From IMG/VR virus record IMGVR_UViG_3300045284_000273: DNA of 55,491 bases; one strand, written 5' to 3'. Under the pieces are notes generated by a model. That model was given only the letters and a program-made list of their open reading frames with translations, made no database searches and had not been told where the DNA came from. Positions 53,659-55,491 of the stretch are shown in pieces. How positions within the stretch are numbered: the stretch's first letter is position 1; every line of letters starts with the position of its first letter. The position numbers and the translations under genes were made by a program. Source of the DNA: an uncultured virus (IMG/VR IMGVR_UViG_3300045284_000273) (lineage: Duplodnaviria > Heunggongvirae > Uroviricota > Caudoviricetes).

Positions 53659-55272
53659 TCAGTGCAAGATGGTGTCAGCCGTGCGCAGCGCCAGAGCCGC
53701 CAACGTCAGCGTCGGGTTGGCTGTGCCCTCGGTGGGGAACACGCTCGACCCGGCGATGAACATGTTGGGCACGTCGTGAGAACGACAGTCGCGGTCCACT
53801 ACTGATGTGTGTGGATCGTTGCCCATGTTGGTGGTGCCGATGATGTGTCCGGCTCCGAACAGGAATGGGACGTGATGCCGGTCGGTGGCATTCATCGCCT
53901 CAAACAGCCGCTCATGAAGCGCCTCTGCTTCGGCAGCACCATCGTTGACGTAGCGGCCGATGGTGAAGCTGATCCGCGGTCGAGGGATGCCGATGGCATC
54001 GACGTTGGCGAAGTCGGGCACGATCCGGTTCTCGGGGTTGGGCAACTGCTCGGTCAGTGAGCCGAAGCGGAACTCCCGAGTGACGTGATCGCGCCAGCGA
54101 TCGCGCAGGGCATTGCCGCCCTCCCGAAGCTGCACGAACGTGCCTGCACCATCGGGCTGGGCAGTGAACTCGAAAGTCGGATCACCGATCGGGAACTTCC
54201 AGCCGTCGTTGCCGATTTCGACACGGAACGCCGAGTGGTCGCCGCGCGTCGCTGCCTGGCGAGTGCTCTCGATCCCGGCCGTGCTCAATGGGCCACGCTG
54301 ACCGAACACCGGCTCGTCGCTGAGCGCGTAGCTCAGCTTGATCGGGTGATCCATCAGGTTGCGGCCCACCATGTCCGATGAGTTGCCGACACCGGCACCA
54401 CCGTTGGCCATCAGCATGATCTTTGGCGTCTCGATGGCGTTGGCTGCCAGTATCACAATGTCGGCCAGGACGGTCACGTTGCTCTTGTCGGGCTTGCGGT
54501 AGACGACCCCTGTGGCCCTGCCGTTGCTGACGAGGATGTCGTGGACGACGGCGTTGGGGATGATCTTGGCACCGTGCTCGCGAGCCAGATCGAGATGGAT
54601 CAGGGCGTCGTACTTGGCACCGATCGGACACACCGGGATGCAGTTGGAGTTGCCCACGCAGTGGTGGCGATCGTTGTACGTCTCGGAGTTGCGGGCCTGT
54701 GGCGTCCCCAAGACCTCAAGGCCGAGCGTGGCTGCTGCCTTGGCGATGATGCCGTCGAGGTAGCTGGTGGGGATTTCCTCCATCGGGAACGGTGCGGACC
54801 GCGGTGAGCCTTGGTCAACGGCGCTGTTGCCAGCAACACCGATGGCGACCTCGGCGCGGACGTACCACGGCTCCAACTCGTTGTAGGTGATCGGCCAATC
54901 GACGCCGACGCCGAACAAGCTGTGCAGGTTGAAGTCGGACGGCAGCAGTCGAGGGCAAGAGCCGAGCCAGTGCCATGTGGTGCCGCCGACGATGCGCTCG
55001 TAGGTCGAGCCGAACGGATCGGGGCCGTTCTGGATGAAGTAGCCGGTGCCGGGGACACCGATTTCCAGCACGCTCGGGCGTGGTGCCCAGGGCGTGTTCG
55101 GATAGGGCGACTCGGGCACCTTGGCGGTTGCCGCACGGAAGGTCGCCACGGCGACATCTCGGTCTTGCGGAGGGCCAGCCTCCAAGATGGTCACATTCAT
55201 GCCAGCCTTGGCCAGCTTCCAGCCGACCAGTGCTCCGGCAACGCCGGAGCCAACCACTACTGCGTTCGTCAT
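53659..55272 (-). CDS. GMC family FAD oxidoreductase (sugar/sugar-alcohol dehydrogenase large subunit)
   Basis: VVVGSGVAG Rossmann motif, VGGTTWHW, Fe-S motif CVGNSNCIPVCP, HIIGT, NPTLT. Confidence 0.92.
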   Translation of the reverse strand: MTNAVVVGSGVAGALVGWKLAKAGMNVTILEAGPPQDRDVAVATFRAATAKVPESPYPNTPWAPRPSVLEIGVPGTGYFIQNGPDPFGSTYERIVGGTTWHWLGSCPRLLPSDFNLHSLFGVGVDWPITYNELEPWYVRAEVAIGVAGNSAVDQGSPRSAPFPMEEIPTSYLDGIIAKAAATLGLEVLGTPQARNSETYNDRHHCVGNSNCIPVCPIGAKYDALIHLDLAREHGAKIIPNAVVHDILVSNGRATGVVYRKPDKSNVTVLADIVILAANAIETPKIMLMANGGAGVGNSSDMVGRNLMDHPIKLSYALSDEPVFGQRGPLSTAGIESTRQAATRGDHSAFRVEIGNDGWKFPIGDPTFEFTAQPDGAGTFVQLREGGNALRDRWRDHVTREFRFGSLTEQLPNPENRIVPDFANVDAIGIPRPRISFTIGRYVNDGAAEAEALHERLFEAMNATDRHHVPFLFGAGHIIGTTNMGNDPHTSVVDRDCRSHDVPNMFIAGSSVFPTEGTANPTLTLAALALRTADTILH

Positions 55273-55491
55273 GGTGCCTCATCCCAATCGGGGAACCCGT
55301 ACGGTTCGCTGGAAACGGTGGCCAGGTGCCCGTCATCGAGCGATTCCCAGGCCAGTGCCTCCAGGTAGTCGGCGGTCTTGTTGTTGACCAGACCGGAGTA
55401 CCAGAAGGTCAGAATCTGCTGTGCTGTGAGGGCGTTGCCGTCGTCGTTGAGAGCGCCGGAACGCAAGATGTCGTTGAAGTTGTCGCGGCCC
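55269..55491 (-). CDS. sugar dehydrogenase small subunit (FAD-SLDH type), 5' truncated by the window
   Basis: IL.FWYSG...Y.EALAW......P.G..DW...P; frame open to the window edge; ATGA overlap with the GMC gene. Confidence 0.7.
   Translation of the reverse strand, partial: GRDNFNDILRSGALNDDGNALTAQQILTFWYSGLVNNKTADYLEALAWESLDDGHLATVSSEPYGFPDWDEAP

Noticed and set aside
1..55491. Genome-wide stop-codon reassignment (TGA=Trp)
   Set aside because: TGA terminates most genes with typical ATGA/GTGA overlaps and long genes have no internal TGA; only 512-514 is a candidate
1..55491. Integrase, transposase, intron or intein
   Set aside because: No matching motifs noticed; terminase and structural genes appear uninterrupted

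Overview
High-GC (roughly 63% by eye) segment of a large contractile-tailed (myovirus-type) phage, most likely infecting an actinobacterium (many leaderless TANNNT-N6/7-start genes, Sec/lipoprotein signals). Layout: about 15 kb of small accessory genes (including a DNA methyltransferase-like gene, a secreted lytic transglycosylase, an amidase/holin/collagen lysis cassette and a KTSC protein); terminase, portal, scaffold and major capsid; fibre, neck, sheath, tube, tape-measure and baseplate genes; then a VWA protein, a promoter-driven tandem array of six Y-RNA-like units (two are circularly permuted tRNA mimics of the YrlA type) directly upstream of a TROVE/Ro60 (Rsr) gene; and a host-type FAD/GMC sugar dehydrogenase pair at the right edge. 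Best leads: (1) the six-unit modular Y RNA array, whose last unit pairs with the Ro60 ribosome-binding site; (2) a strongly over-represented GGTATCAC / GATACCNNGGTATC motif; (3) a candidate UGA-readthrough (selenocysteine) gene with a SECIS-like hairpin; (4) an unannotated 122-nt structured RNA; (5) a shared [LIV][SND]xxQ[FY] motif in proteins encoded between terminase and portal. All calls come from manual reading; no database searches were run.
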